Shown piece by piece: positions 1-11,401 of a stretch of DNA of 64,000 nt. The notes under the pieces are model-generated. The model saw only the letters and a list, made by a program, of their open reading frames with translations. It was not told the DNA's origin and did not search any database. The DNA comes from Trichodelitschia bisporula (taxonomy: Eukaryota): positions 186,001 to 250,000 of the forward strand of contig ML996704.1 in NCBI GenBank assembly GCA_010356995.1, given 5' to 3'. The stretch's first letter is position 1, and every line of letters begins with the position of its first letter. A program made the translations under genes and the position numbers.

Positions 1-149
1 AACAAGCGTCACATATACTGGTGTCAAGATCCACTTCATGGGTGATGCCTCCGTATTTATCCAACTTTGTCTATTCTAGTTCTAATGGACGTCTAGACAA
101 GACCGGGCCCTGACGTCCCGTTGATTGCGCATGCCGATGAGTTCTTCAC

Positions 150-953
150 ACCACCTACACCTTCCTTGCCCTACAGATAGCACAGATCGAGATCATCCTC
201 CGGCTGTCCATGAAAAAAAGGCCAGTTGCGACAAGGACTGGACGGTATTCAGGCTAAGTCGGGTTGCCCTAAGATACTAGCCGTCGTCAGTAACACAGTT
301 ACAAGCAGCCAGTTCAATTTACTCACTAGAAATTTGGACCCGATACCATGGTTGTTCAGCGCGGCTTCGATGATGTGCAGGACGTTGGTGAACTGAAAGA
401 AGACGTTGCCATGTCCGGTATATATGCCGTTCAAAGCGTGTCCGTTGTCCGGGATTTAGCTGTTTGCCACATTGGTCAGAGGAAGTTGTCGTGGAGAACT
501 AGTATATAGAAGGACCTCTGCGTTGCCGAGCAGAAAGCATTGGCGGTTGCGGGAGGACCAGGCAGACCTGAAAGACAATGATCGATCTGACGAGCTCACG
601 GTATTCCTTTCGTCGGCTTCGCCGTCCTCCGCGGCTTCGCGCGCCGTCATGGCCGCTTGTTAGTCGTCTGTCCCATCCTGAGCCATATCGATGACATCCT
701 GCTTGATCTTGTGGCGCAAACCAGCCTTTTCACTGGAAAGAGGGAGACGCTTGTTGTTATTGGAACCCCGGAAAAAGTATAATTTCCCGCATGCTGTTCC
801 TGACGACCAGGTGAAGTCTGAACCGTCGGAAGCCATCTCCGTTATATATTTTGGAGGATTGCGGGCAACGGAGCCTCGCAAGCACGAGTACGCAAGTGGA
901 CCGCAAAACTTCGGGCGGCGAGGCAAGCCCAATGCCTGCTCGCATGATGGCAA
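150..953 (-). pseudogene. Possible decayed SNF2-family helicase C-terminal fragment
   Basis: Minus-strand peptide 'VFFQFTNVLHIIEAALNNHGI' resembles the SNF2 HelicC 'FSQFTxxLDxIExxL' motif. ORFs 660..953 and 456..650 share one frame split by a single TAA. A GTGAGT...CTGAC...TAG intron-like segment follows. Similarity judged by eye only. Confidence 0.3.
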
Positions 954-1942
954 TGCAGTCGGGGATGATATAGATGTTGGCGGTGCCGATCGTAATGCGT
1001 CAGCGTATTATATGCTAGAATGGTCGTAGAGTCAGCTTGTATTCTCCTTGCATGTCCAGGTCATGATGGCTTCTAGCAAGGTGTGCGAGTATATTCAACG
1101 TCATGGCTGCCGCTGAAAGGGACCTCATAGTTCTCAACAGTCGACAACATACCTTCATATATATTGACATGCGTCGACTTGCGCCTTTCTTGGACGTCTT
1201 CGAGTCTTCGGCACCGGTGTCAGAAGGCCGTGATCCGTTGCTTGAAGCAGTAGGGTAGCGTGGCATGGTGAGGAAGCCCGAGGGTCTTTGCTAGCAGCAA
1301 TCAAAAGCGCAGTCGCTGTCGACATTCGATAGGAAGCCCCGAAATCCGATCCTTGTATTTAAGAATCGGCACACGCGCTTTCGTGATGCAGTTCTCACTG
1401 CCTGGACGAGACGTCCCTTTTATTGTAACCTTGTCTTTGTTGAAGATAACAAAAGATTGGTTGGTATAGAGCGGTTACTATGGATGAGGAGTGGAGAATT
1501 TCATGGTGAGGATGTAAAAGGTTAGGAAATCCATAGACCTCCACATTCAAGTAAAGCCATTTGAACAAGTGAATTGACCCGGTGACATTGTTATTCTAGG
1601 GGATACCGTGCACTAGCAATAACTTTAAACCGCCGCTCGAGGTTGTACCCCAAGAAGCCTCCGGGAAGTATGGTTTGGGAAGGTGCGATGAAGGTTAGAG
1701 TTCCTTCGGGAATGCCAGGACTTTCTGCCTTACCGGAAGGAATATTGATCGGGCGCATCATGGCCTAGCCCAAGCAACCACTAGTCCATTCTTTCGAGAC
1801 CGCATTACAGCAGCACGGCAGTAAGTTCTCCAGAGATATCAAGGCTTCAATGCGCCATACAGTTGTACCTTACACTTTATCAAAACATTCGAGAATGCGC
1901 CTGAAATTAAATCCTCTCAGGCAAGCCCAAGCCAAACCACAT

Positions 1943-4355
1943 CTAAGGTTCGATGCTCATAGGTGCCAGCACGTCGTCCATCTGTGCCAGCTCGTCGTCG
2001 CTCATCTGGGCTAGTACATGATCCGTCACATCCACCATGCCCTCCGTGTCTGCCAGCGTGAAGTTCAACCCGTCAATCAGCCTCCTTACAGGGGGCCAGG
2101 ATTTGCAGTCCGAACTGGCATCAGCCCTCGGATCGATCTTGAACCGTACACAGTTATTCTCCACCGTCCCGCCTTGCTTCCCGTTCACACCACTCGTATT
2201 GCATTGATCGATGGGCTTCCTCAGCTCCCTGCTGCAATCATCCTGCAGCACGAGTCAGCATCCATATCCTGCCCAGGGAATCGGTCTCCACTTACAAAAC
2301 TGTGAAAGTACTCGCAGTTTTTGAGAACAAAGATTTCCAGGCAAATCTTGTGCGCGCCCAGACCTTCGACAGGCAAATCACTCTGCCACCGCCGTACCAA
2401 TCCCTCCTTATACGCTGCCCCCTCCTGGGTCATTTTGCAGAAGCTGTTAATCGCCCCAATCGCCTTCCCGCGATCGGTCTTAGCCCCAGCCCCTCCCTCG
2501 CAATGGACCTTATCCTGTAACCAGTCCGGGTTGGGCATGTGGCTCGGGCCAGGCATCCACGGCGCCGGCGTCGACGTCGACTTGCTAGGAGGAGGGGGCT
2601 CGAAGCCGTTCGACTTGTTCTGATAGTCGATAGACCAAATCATCGTACCGCCGACGCACAACATATCGGCCCAGAGCATTTTGATTTGCATGGTTTGCGG
2701 ATCATCGAAAGCTACCCAGCTGTTTAGGTCGTAGACCATGTACTTTTGCGCAGCAGTGACGTTGAAGTAGGGGTAGACAGGCTTGCTCTTGTCCTGGATG
2801 AGCCTTTGGATCTCGTTGTTTGACAGAATGCCTTCAGAGTCTGTGCACATTCCTTTGGCGCCGGGTCCCCGGAATTTGCAGCCGCCGCCCATGCGGTCGC
2901 ATTGCCGGTCCAGGAGTTTGTACGTGCGGCCGTAGTACGGAATACCGAGGTTGATCTTTTTGGGGTCAACACCGTCGTACCAAAGGGGCATCAGATTCTT
3001 GTTGATCTCGGTCCAGTCCGCCTGAGGCCGAATTTCGGAGCCGAGAGCTTTGACGTCCGTGTCCCACGACCCGTGGAGGTCGTACGCCATGAAGCCCATG
3101 TGGTCGACATAATGTTGGAGTTCTCCCGGCTTGAAGTAGCGCAGGTACCAGTAGTCCGGAGCCAGCGCAAGGCTAAGGCCAAACTTGGTGCCGAAGGCCT
3201 GCCTCATTTCCTTCATGAGAAGCACAAAGTTGATAGTATCCGACTTGCGTCCTCCACGCTTCGCCTCGCCGGGGTACTCCCAGTCGATGTCGGCGCCTTC
3301 GAAACCCCACTTGTACATGAATAGAAGGAGCGAGCTTATGAACTTCTGCCTGTTCGCCGCAGAGGAAACCATGTCGCTGAAGGCCCACTTGGTGGGTCCG
3401 TCGTCATTGAATTCCCATCCGCCGATCGCGATCCATGTTTGTAGCACCCCGGGCTTTTTAAGCTTTGTGAAAGAAGGGTAAAGCTGCTCGTCGTACGGAT
3501 CCATTGGCTTCACCTCGAAGGTGACGGGATCAAAATACAAGAACGAGAAGTACAAGTGCGTGAGACCGTCAGTGTTGATATCTCTCGGATACACTCTATC
3601 GCATTTACGCTTGCGTACATTCCAGCCCTGATAGTAACCGATGCGGCGATATTCTGTAGTCTTCATTCCCGCAGAGCAGCTGGGTGGCTTGATGATTTCG
3701 CACTTTCCCATGCCTTTCTGGCATGGTGCTGTATTCCACTGAGGCTCCGGGTCAATGCAATGCTGAGGCTCCGTTCCACACCTGCGATAATTAGAAACTG
3801 CTCAACCCACGACGGACGAGTTACTGACCATCCAAAGTACGAGCAGCAGAGCTGCAGTCCGCAAGGGGTATGTCCGTCCTCCGACTCGCGGCCGCACATA
3901 GCGTGCGCATTGCAGTTGGAGAAGCACCTGTCCGGCGCGCAATGGCTGGGACCATATCCACACAGGCCTTCGGAGTTACAACACGACCCATCCACACAGG
4001 CCTGCTCGCGTGAGCATCGAAGGGGACCATGGCCAGTAAGTTGCCATTTATCAGTCTTGTCCACATATGTATCGTTGGGAGGGCCGCCTCGGAGCCACTG
4101 TTGGTACTTGGTCTCTTCGTTGATGTACGAGGTGCCCAAGCCAAGTATATCGAGAACGGCACCGGTTGGTTGCCGATAGCCTCCACCGGGCCCACTTCCC
4201 GGGCGTTGTTCCGGGATCGCTGTCAGTTGGTCCACCGTTTGATTTGGCGGCAGTTCGGCAACCGTTGTAACGTTGGAAGCGTCGTTTGCATGGCTGGCAG
4301 CATGGCACAAGCCGGATAGAGGCAAGACCAAGGCAAAAGCCCGGAGAAGAGCCAT
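1943..4355 (-). CDS. Secreted GH18 chitinase, subgroup C (killer-toxin-like), with two CBM18 domains and a Cys-rich C-terminal domain; 3 exons
   Basis: Signal peptide MALLRAFALVLPLSGLCHA. Two hevein-type CBM18 (CCNSEGLCGYG, CCSYFGWCGT across intron 3828-3782). GH18 motifs IAIGGW, EGADIDWEYP, MAYDLHG, MIWSID. A second intron (GTAAGT...GCTGAC...CAG, about 2295-2243) joins the catalytic exon to ORF 1943..2251. Confidence 0.92.
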
Positions 4356-5046
4356 CGTAAGGACTGAAAGTAGTTCAAATGACAGGAGACCGGCGGGCAA
4401 TACAAATCAAGCGCCTGCGCCTGGCTGAGCTTGTGAGATTCGGAGTGCTGAGGAATGTATCCCACGAGGCGGCCATTGTACATATATAGGCAATAGACTC
4501 TGAAAGACTCCATCGCCAACCCATATCCAAAGGTTATTATGATAACCGACGTAGAGTTCGCCGCGCAACGCTACGAGGAGCCAAGCTTGAGCGGCCCCGA
4601 AGGACCACAACGCTAATTCCATCATTTGAAGTTCTTGGTCATAATTTCAACAGCATGTCTGCTGTAGAATTTGAGCAGGGCTCATAGAACGGCTGTGCGG
4701 GGGCCATATTCGATGGAGTTTGGGGCAGCTAGATGCTAAGATAAGAGTGAGGTGACGAATGATGGAGGTTCAATGAGCCTCGAACCGGTATGTACATTCT
4801 TCCGGCCCGACATCACCACAACGGATCCCAAGATATCTTAGCGCAGGATCGCGTTCCCGGTCGACTTCATAAGGTTCGCAGATTAAGGCGCACTGTAGGT
4901 ATATATGGAGCGTAGCAGGAGGTGGGAAAATATACCAGATTGCAGTTGATCCTACAGAACCAAGGAATTCTAATCGCATCTCTCTTAAGTCATTTCGTTC
5001 CCGCTCCCTAAGGCGGACACTACGTCTTTGCACTCCTCTTATCGCC

Positions 5047-6031
5047 ATGGAAGATGCTTCTAATCTTCTAGCGACGGGCCGCGTCTCGGCATCGGAAAGG
5101 GAAGCCATACCGGCCGATCGAGCCGCCTCTCCGCCAGTTCATCAGTCAAAAGAAGAGTTTCAGCGGTCTAGACTCCCCAACCACGCAGACTTCACGCCCT
5201 CGGCTAACCAGACATCCGATCCATACAACTATCCGCTAGAACAGATTCCCCCACCGTAACCCCCACCATCCGCGTCAACCTTCACGAGCATCTACACTTC
5301 CCCATATGCCCCAATCGACCCGAGCCTCTTCCCTCCCCCCCGTGGCCCACCGGCACCATATGAACGGCAACCCGGTGTCCTTAACTGGGACGCCTTCTCA
5401 CGGCTCTACTGGCCCGTATTCGGCACCGAAGCCGACATCAAGGTCTACCACACCGAGGAAGGCGAGAACCTGCGGCGCAAGTCCGACATCTATGCGTGGC
5501 GCATGGATCCGCAAGAGCTGCATCCATACGCTGATCCGCTCCATCCAATTGCCGGCGAACATGCCTCCGCTGCGGGACTTTCGAGGATGGTCGTTGTTCT
5601 CTCAGATATCGACGAATTCGAATTGGATTTGGCCAATGATCCAACCCCGGAGCCGATGGTGATAGAGCGCAGGGACGGAGGTCCGGTTACGATTGGGGAT
5701 TTCGTTTCCGCGAATGTGCGTGTATGTCTTTGAGCATAGAGAGTTGATGTGGAAAGTTTTTGGCTACGGTCCAAAGACTGGAGATGCGCTGAGACGGCAC
5801 TTTTATTTTCAAGACATCATGGGTCCGACGACATTAGACCCACCTGTCAGTGATGATGAGCTTGAAGACGAAGATGGCAATCCCCCGGTCTGGGCGGTTC
5901 ATGCAAGGAAGTCTCCGGAACTGTTTCACTTTTCCATTGCCTTGGATGAGGAGACTACTGTGAGCTTTGTGCGGCCTGGAAGCACTCCTGGCATATTTGT
6001 GAGGTATACTCCAGTTTACGGTCTGCCATAA
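5047..6031 (+). pseudogene. Disrupted gene for an uncharacterised fungal protein
   Basis: ORFs 5047..5259 and 5503..5733 are one frame split by TAA at 5257. It reads 'LNWDAFSRLYWPVFG...GPVTIGDFVS', then shifts frame near 5720 into 'YVFEHRELMW...'. Confidence 0.55.
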
Positions 6032-6517
6032 GTGCGACCTGGGAGCGGACCGATACCTAGGTACAATGCATCCGTAGCCGTTGAAATGAATGAGATGTTG
6101 ATGCAATCGCAAGGCCGGCTTCACTGAGCGAAAAGGATGCGATACCTTGAAATAAAGTCCAGGACAAGGCTACAAGATATTGATAGAAAGGGTTTCGCGC
6201 CTTGACTTCCGGCCGGACAAGGCTTACAATGACCAAATGGGCGCGCCTCGGCCCGTTCTAGCGATAAACCAAAGCTTCCGCTTCTTCGCTCTGCAATCCC
6301 GGTCCGCGATCCTACGCAATGTCGACTTAATTAGGGCGGTCGGCTAGAATAGTTCTAGGGCCCAATCTAAATCACCAACCTCACGTCGTACGGTTGGGCC
6401 CTAACCTAAGTCGCCAACCTTAGGTTCGTGCAGAGAGGCTCCATAGTTGAACGACATGGCACCACAAGCCTACGCAAAACTGAAACTTTGAGGAACCACC
6501 AGGATCCCAAGGAAACG

Positions 6518-7965
6518 ATGCCGTCCCTAACGCACAGCGCGCTCGTTGCGATCGTCACGTTTCTGGTCCTTCAATCAGTTAATGCAAGGCCCGAGTATAA
6601 TTGCACCTTCAAGGCGAAGACAGACAGCACTGTATCCAGTCGCACTTGCGAGGTGATGGCAGATAGGGCCAATATCTATCTCCATGACTTTTTGAACTGG
6701 AACCCTTCGGTCCGTGGGGATTGCTCGAACATCTTGCCGAACACCGAGTACTGTCTGGAAGCGGGTGGGTGATGACTATGGCAGGACCAGAGAATCCACT
6801 GACTGGGTCTAAAACTAGAGGAGAAACTCGTGGAAAGCAAAGATGGCTTCTGTGGGCCGCAACACGGGAATGCAAGCTGCCTAGGTTTTGAATACCCCGA
6901 CGGTACGATAGCCGAATGCTGCAACAGCCGAACATGGAAATGCGGCGGCACCCTGTGAGTCTCTTCGCCAGCAAACTACTCGTTCTCTCCTCTGACATCC
7001 GAGAAGCGAAGACTGCCAGGAAGGCATATGCTACTCCGACTCGTGCAATGGCCTACCCGACTTCTACAGTCTCGACGGCAAATGCGGCAAGCAGCACGAC
7101 AACAAACAGTGCGGCGGCGTCTGGGGCAACTGCTGCAACATGGAGGGGCAATGCGGCAAAGGGCCAGACTTCTGCAGCATCGGCAAGTGCCAGTCCGGCG
7201 CAGCATGCGATGTCGTAAAGCAGTACATCGTGAACAATCTGAATCTCACATCCGCTCCGCCTGTTGGGTGGGGGATTGGAAACACAACCGACGGGACCTG
7301 CGGTGGAGAGAAGGCGTATACATGCAACTCTGTCTATGGAAACTGTAAGCAAAGCGCTTCTTAAAGGGCTCTACTAACCGGTACAGGCTGCTCAAAAGAG
7401 GGGATGTGCGGATATCAAGAGGAATGCAACGATGGATGGTACGTTTCCCTTCCATGCCAGAGACTCGCCGAAACTGTCACGGGTCTGGTCAGGTCCCCTC
7501 CCAGACTTGAGGGGGGGGGGGGGGGCTCCTGCCAGACACCGGATCGCTACCCAGGGCTCTTTCCACGAGCCCTGGGGAGGACGGAGACTTAGGTCTCCCT
7601 CATCTCACCCTCTTCTCCTCTTCCTCAACTTCTCAATTCTGAGTTTCGGTCATCGTCGTTCGGGTTCGTAAGAGAAACTGACAGCCAGCAGCCAGGTTGA
7701 TTTCGGTCTCTGCAGGGACTACCCAATTCCCGGAAACTGGGCACCATCCATATCGTCAGACGTTATGGGTGGTAATTGGACAGGCCCAGCGGAGGGGAAT
7801 TCGTCTTCAACGACCTCGTCTGAAGCGCAGACAACCACTGGCTCTGCGGCGGCCCAAAGCCCAACAACTGAGGCGGCGAAAAAGTCGTCCGCCACACACA
7901 TTGCTGGGTTGCAAGTCTTCTGGGCAGGGCAGGCGTTACTTTTCAGTTTAGCTGCCATGCTGTGA
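6518..7965 (+). CDS. Secreted LysM + 3x CBM18 chitin-binding protein, probably GPI-anchored; 5 exons
   Basis: Signal peptide MPSLTHSALVAIVTFLVLQSVNA. Fungal LysM 'TCEVMA...FLNWNPSV.GDCSNILPNTEYC'. Three DGxCG...CC...CG...C hevein-like repeats after splicing introns at about 6765-6818, 6955-7006, 7345-7386 and 7439-7691. Ser/Thr-rich spacer and hydrophobic C-terminus (LQVFWAGQALLFSLAAML). Confidence 0.85.
7475..7673. mobile_element. Solo-LTR-like insertion in intron 4 of the LysM gene
   Basis: Begins TGTCACG and ends CGTAAGA (one base from CGTAACA). Flanked by the direct repeat GAAAC at 7470-7474 and 7674-7678. Removing it leaves a normal 49-nt intron. Confidence 0.7.
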
Positions 7966-8119
7966 GGTACCGTAAAAATTAAGCGAGAATGTTGTGTGAC
8001 AAAGGTTGTGTGATGTCGGCCCTGCGCTCTCCTTAACCATTTCGAGCCGTTCTTATGGTCCATTTTTGTTTTTAACGTTTATAAATCCATAATGTGCAAC
8101 CTCTTCCATCAAAATAAGC

Positions 8120-8209
8120 GGTCGCGTGGTGTAGTTGGTTATCACACTTGTCTAACATCTGCGAAGACGTGGACACAAGTGGTCCCCAGTTCGAACCTGG
8201 GCGCGATCA
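8120..8209 (+). tRNA. tRNA-Val(AAC) with 16-nt intron (8158-8173)
   Basis: Acceptor stem GGTCGCG/CGCGATC, D arm, anticodon stem CTTGT/ACAAG with CT-AAC-A loop, T arm CCCAG-TTCGAAC-CTGGG, and a downstream T run. Confidence 0.95.
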
Positions 8210-8676
8210 GTTCTTTTGACCCATCTGGTATACAATTCTTTTTTTTTGGACCTAGGGTCATCCGCTCTAAACACCGAGCGAAGATGGCATTTGCAGATCG
8301 CGGAAAGATGAGACGAGGTGATGTTGAAATTCATTCTGCGTGATTGGTCAATGGCGATCACAGTCGATATGGCGAAGTCAACATCAGATTGATAGAAAGA
8401 GCGGTGGGGTCAAGCGTCTTAGGTGACGTAGTAGCATAAATGCCAGAAAGCAGTTGCAGTCTTCGGTTTTTCTCATCTCACTTCGTTCTGACAATCATGT
8501 TTCTTGCTTTTGCTTAGACGTCATGTCAACCAGCGTCGGCAGACGCACCACACCCGTTTCCTCGTATATCCGAGCATATCATACGCCAATTGTGGTCTAC
8601 ATATCCTCAGATTCCCGACCTCAAACGCCCAACAAGCATCAAGAGCGTCCAACCAGACCCTCCCCCCATACGCCCT

Positions 8677-9684
8677 TCAGACAGACCAGTAAACATCGAC
8701 CTCCACACTCTCCACATTGTTAACCCAAGCACCACTCGTACCCCTCGCCTTCCCCCACACGGTAACGACATCCCCCAGCCGAAGATTCCGGACAAAATGT
8801 CCATGGGTCCAACCATCGCGGAGCCCATACTTACGCCACAAGTATGCCTGCCACTCCTCCCCCTCAGGGCAGAGATAATCCGTATGCCGCCAAATCTCGC
8901 AAGCCTCATGCATCCGCCTGAGGAAATTGATATTCCTATGAATCTCTCTTCCAGGCGGCACAAGCGCGTCCTGGTCAAGGACATACGCACCTCCCTTGCC
9001 CTCCACAGTGCGCACCTGCGGGTACACGGTGGACAAGTCCTCGATAGCGCACCCCTCCCACCGGCCCGTCTCGCCCTCCACCACGCTCATCCCGTCGTCG
9101 TACCACCGCTCGATCCCCGCCTCGAACCATGTCTGACACTCCCTGATCTTGGTTATGAGGTCCCGATCGTCCTCCTCGCCTTCCCAGCCCTGGGCGTGGC
9201 TGCGGATGCGGAAGACGATTTTGCGGCAGGGGTGGGCGAGGAGGGCGGTTGATGTGCCGATTTGGGACTTGAAGTAGGCGGGTGGGAAGGGGGTGTCACC
9301 GGGGGGGCACGCCGGAATCGCGAAGTGGATTCCGCGGTGCGAGGGGTAGGAAGAGCTGCGTGTGGGCCAGGATGGGAAGCCGAGGGGGGGTGTCCGGAGC
9401 TGCGGCGTTGTTAGGGAGCGGGACTTGATTGGAGACGGAGGAGTAGACGGGCGCTGACTTACTAGGAGCAGGTTGTTTTCGGAAAAATCTCCTTCCATTA
9501 TCTGTTTGTGGGGGTAAGGGTAGGTGACCCCGGTCGTCGTGTGCGGCCAGTATTCAGCCTTGTCCAGTATTTCGTAGATAATAGGCAATGGGAGAGGCGT
9601 GCCGGCATAGAGCATGGCTTTGACGACTAGGACGTCGAGGATGCTAGGCTCGTACTCTGGGATCTTGGAGCTCTTGTTCCCCAT
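8677..9684 (-). CDS. Conserved fungal hypothetical protein (SHxQGW-motif family)
   Basis: Long ORF with motifs 'ILDKAEYW', 'PCRKIVFRIRSHAQGW', 'TWFEAG', 'GDVVTVWGKAR...WVN'. Contains a probable in-frame 63-nt intron (GTAAGT...CTAAC...CAG, about 9462-9400). Confidence 0.75.
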   Translation of the reverse strand: MGNKSSKIPEYEPSILDVLVVKAMLYAGTPLPLPIIYEILDKAEYWPHTTTGVTYPYPHKQIMEGDFSENNLLLVSQRPSTPPSPIKSRSLTTPQLRTPPLGFPSWPTRSSSYPSHRGIHFAIPACPPGDTPFPPAYFKSQIGTSTALLAHPCRKIVFRIRSHAQGWEGEEDDRDLITKIRECQTWFEAGIERWYDDGMSVVEGETGRWEGCAIEDLSTVYPQVRTVEGKGGAYVLDQDALVPPGREIHRNINFLRRMHEACEIWRHTDYLCPEGEEWQAYLWRKYGLRDGWTHGHFVRNLRLGDVVTVWGKARGTSGAWVNNVESVEVDVYWSV

Positions 9685-10118
9685 CGTGGATAAAAATGTG
9701 GTGGTAGTTGATAAAAAGATATCGGGTATTTTGACAGTGCGGTGATGTGTATTGGTATGCGGAAATTCACAAAGCTCGACACAATAAATATCGCGTCTCC
9801 AGCCTCAACGCCAGAACTTCGGAGACCCCGGCGCTGGTTTTTGGAAACGAGGGTCGAGTTTGCGGGAAGGCGCGATAGATAAATACTTGCATCGCCTGGT
9901 GAATGTGGAAGGCACTCACCAACGCGCGGGGAGTGGCGCCGTGTCGCATTCGCGCCCTACGACATAGCAGGCAGACAAGGCAAATTCCCCTCGCCTCAAC
10001 CCTTTTTCATGATTACAGCGCTAAAGCAGCACAATGGCCACCGGCTTTCCCTCCCAACCCAAACGGTATATATACTGCACTCCCGAGTCAAGCCAGGTAT
10101 CGTACTGTACACTGCTGC

Positions 10119-11172
10119 CTACACCCAGCTCCGCGGCGTCTTGAGCACCTCCACTAGCGTCGCCTCGCGACTCCCTGCCGGAGGCTCGTGCATGTATTCC
10201 CAGCGCGCTGTCAGTGGCAGGCTCATGAGGATGCTCTCCACGCGACTGCCCGGCGTATGCAGCCCGAACGCCGTGCCGCGGTCGTGCACGAGGTTGAACT
10301 CGACATACCGCCCGCGGCGCAGCTGCTGCCATCTCTTCTCGTGCTCCGTGAAGGGCGCGTCCTTGCGCCGGTTAATGATGGGGAGATAAGATGGTAAGAA
10401 GGCCGCAAGGCACGTCGAAGCAAAGCCGAATAGCTCGTCGGGCGTCCCGTTCGTGGAGTCCAGATCGTCAAAGAAGATACCCCCTACGCCGCGTGCCTCG
10501 CCCCGGTGCTTGTTGACGAAGTACTCGTCGCACCACTTCTTGAACCGCGGGTAGTAGCCCTTGTCATGCTTGTCGCATGCGTCTTTGAGGGTCTGGTGGA
10601 AGAGGGCCGCGTCTGCTTCCTCCAAGTAACTCGGTGTGAGATCCGACCCGCCGCCGAACCACCACGCGGCCCGGCCCTGCGCGTCCCGCGTCTCGAAGTA
10701 CCGGTAGTTCAGATGTACAGTCGGGGCATGCGGATTGCGGGGATGCACCACAAGACTCAACCCCGCGGCAAAGAATTCGAGCCCCTCAGCCCCCGGGTCC
10801 AGATCGAGGGCCTTGTGATCCGCACGCATGCGCTGCACCGCCGCGCGCGGCAGCGTCCCATACACAACACTCGTATTCACGCCCGCCTTCTCAAACACAT
10901 TCCCCTCCTGCAGCACACACGTAATCCCCCCGCCGCCATGCGGCCGCGTCCACGGCTCGACCTTAAAGCTCTTCCCGTCCACCGCCTCGAGCTCGGCCAC
11001 GATCCGCTTTTGCCAGCCGTGGATCAGGGCTTCCATGCGGAGGCGCATGGGGCTGCTTGGTGTGACGGGCGCTTTGCGGAGGAGGGCGTCGCGGTCGGCG
11101 AGGGAGGGTTCGTCGGCTGCGTGGGTGGGGGTTTCGGTGGCCTTTGCGAGGTGTTAGGGGGGGGGATTGAGA

Positions 11173-11204
<32 letters not shown>

Positions 11205-11401
11205 ACCATGCTGTACACCAGCGCGCTGATGAATACGATTCCGACTGCGATGCGCGTCTTCGGCATGAATACCTTGTTCGGGCCGGCGTATGCGCCTGGA
11301 CGGGGCGGCTGCGTTGCCAGATTGCGGCGGCATTGCGCGGGCCGGGGGAGAGATATACGAGTACGAGGCAGCGCGCGGAGCGCACTTGCGGGTCGGGACA
11401 T
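10119..11401 (-). CDS. HEM13: Oxygen-dependent coproporphyrinogen III oxidase with mitochondrial-type N-terminal leader; 2 exons
   Basis: Motifs [45 protein letters not shown]. Exon 1 (11401-11207, Arg-rich leader plus hydrophobic segment) splices in frame across intron 11206-11142. Confidence 0.95.
11174..11203. repeat. G30 homopolymer within the HEM13 intron
   Basis: Run of 30 G seen directly. Confidence 0.9.
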
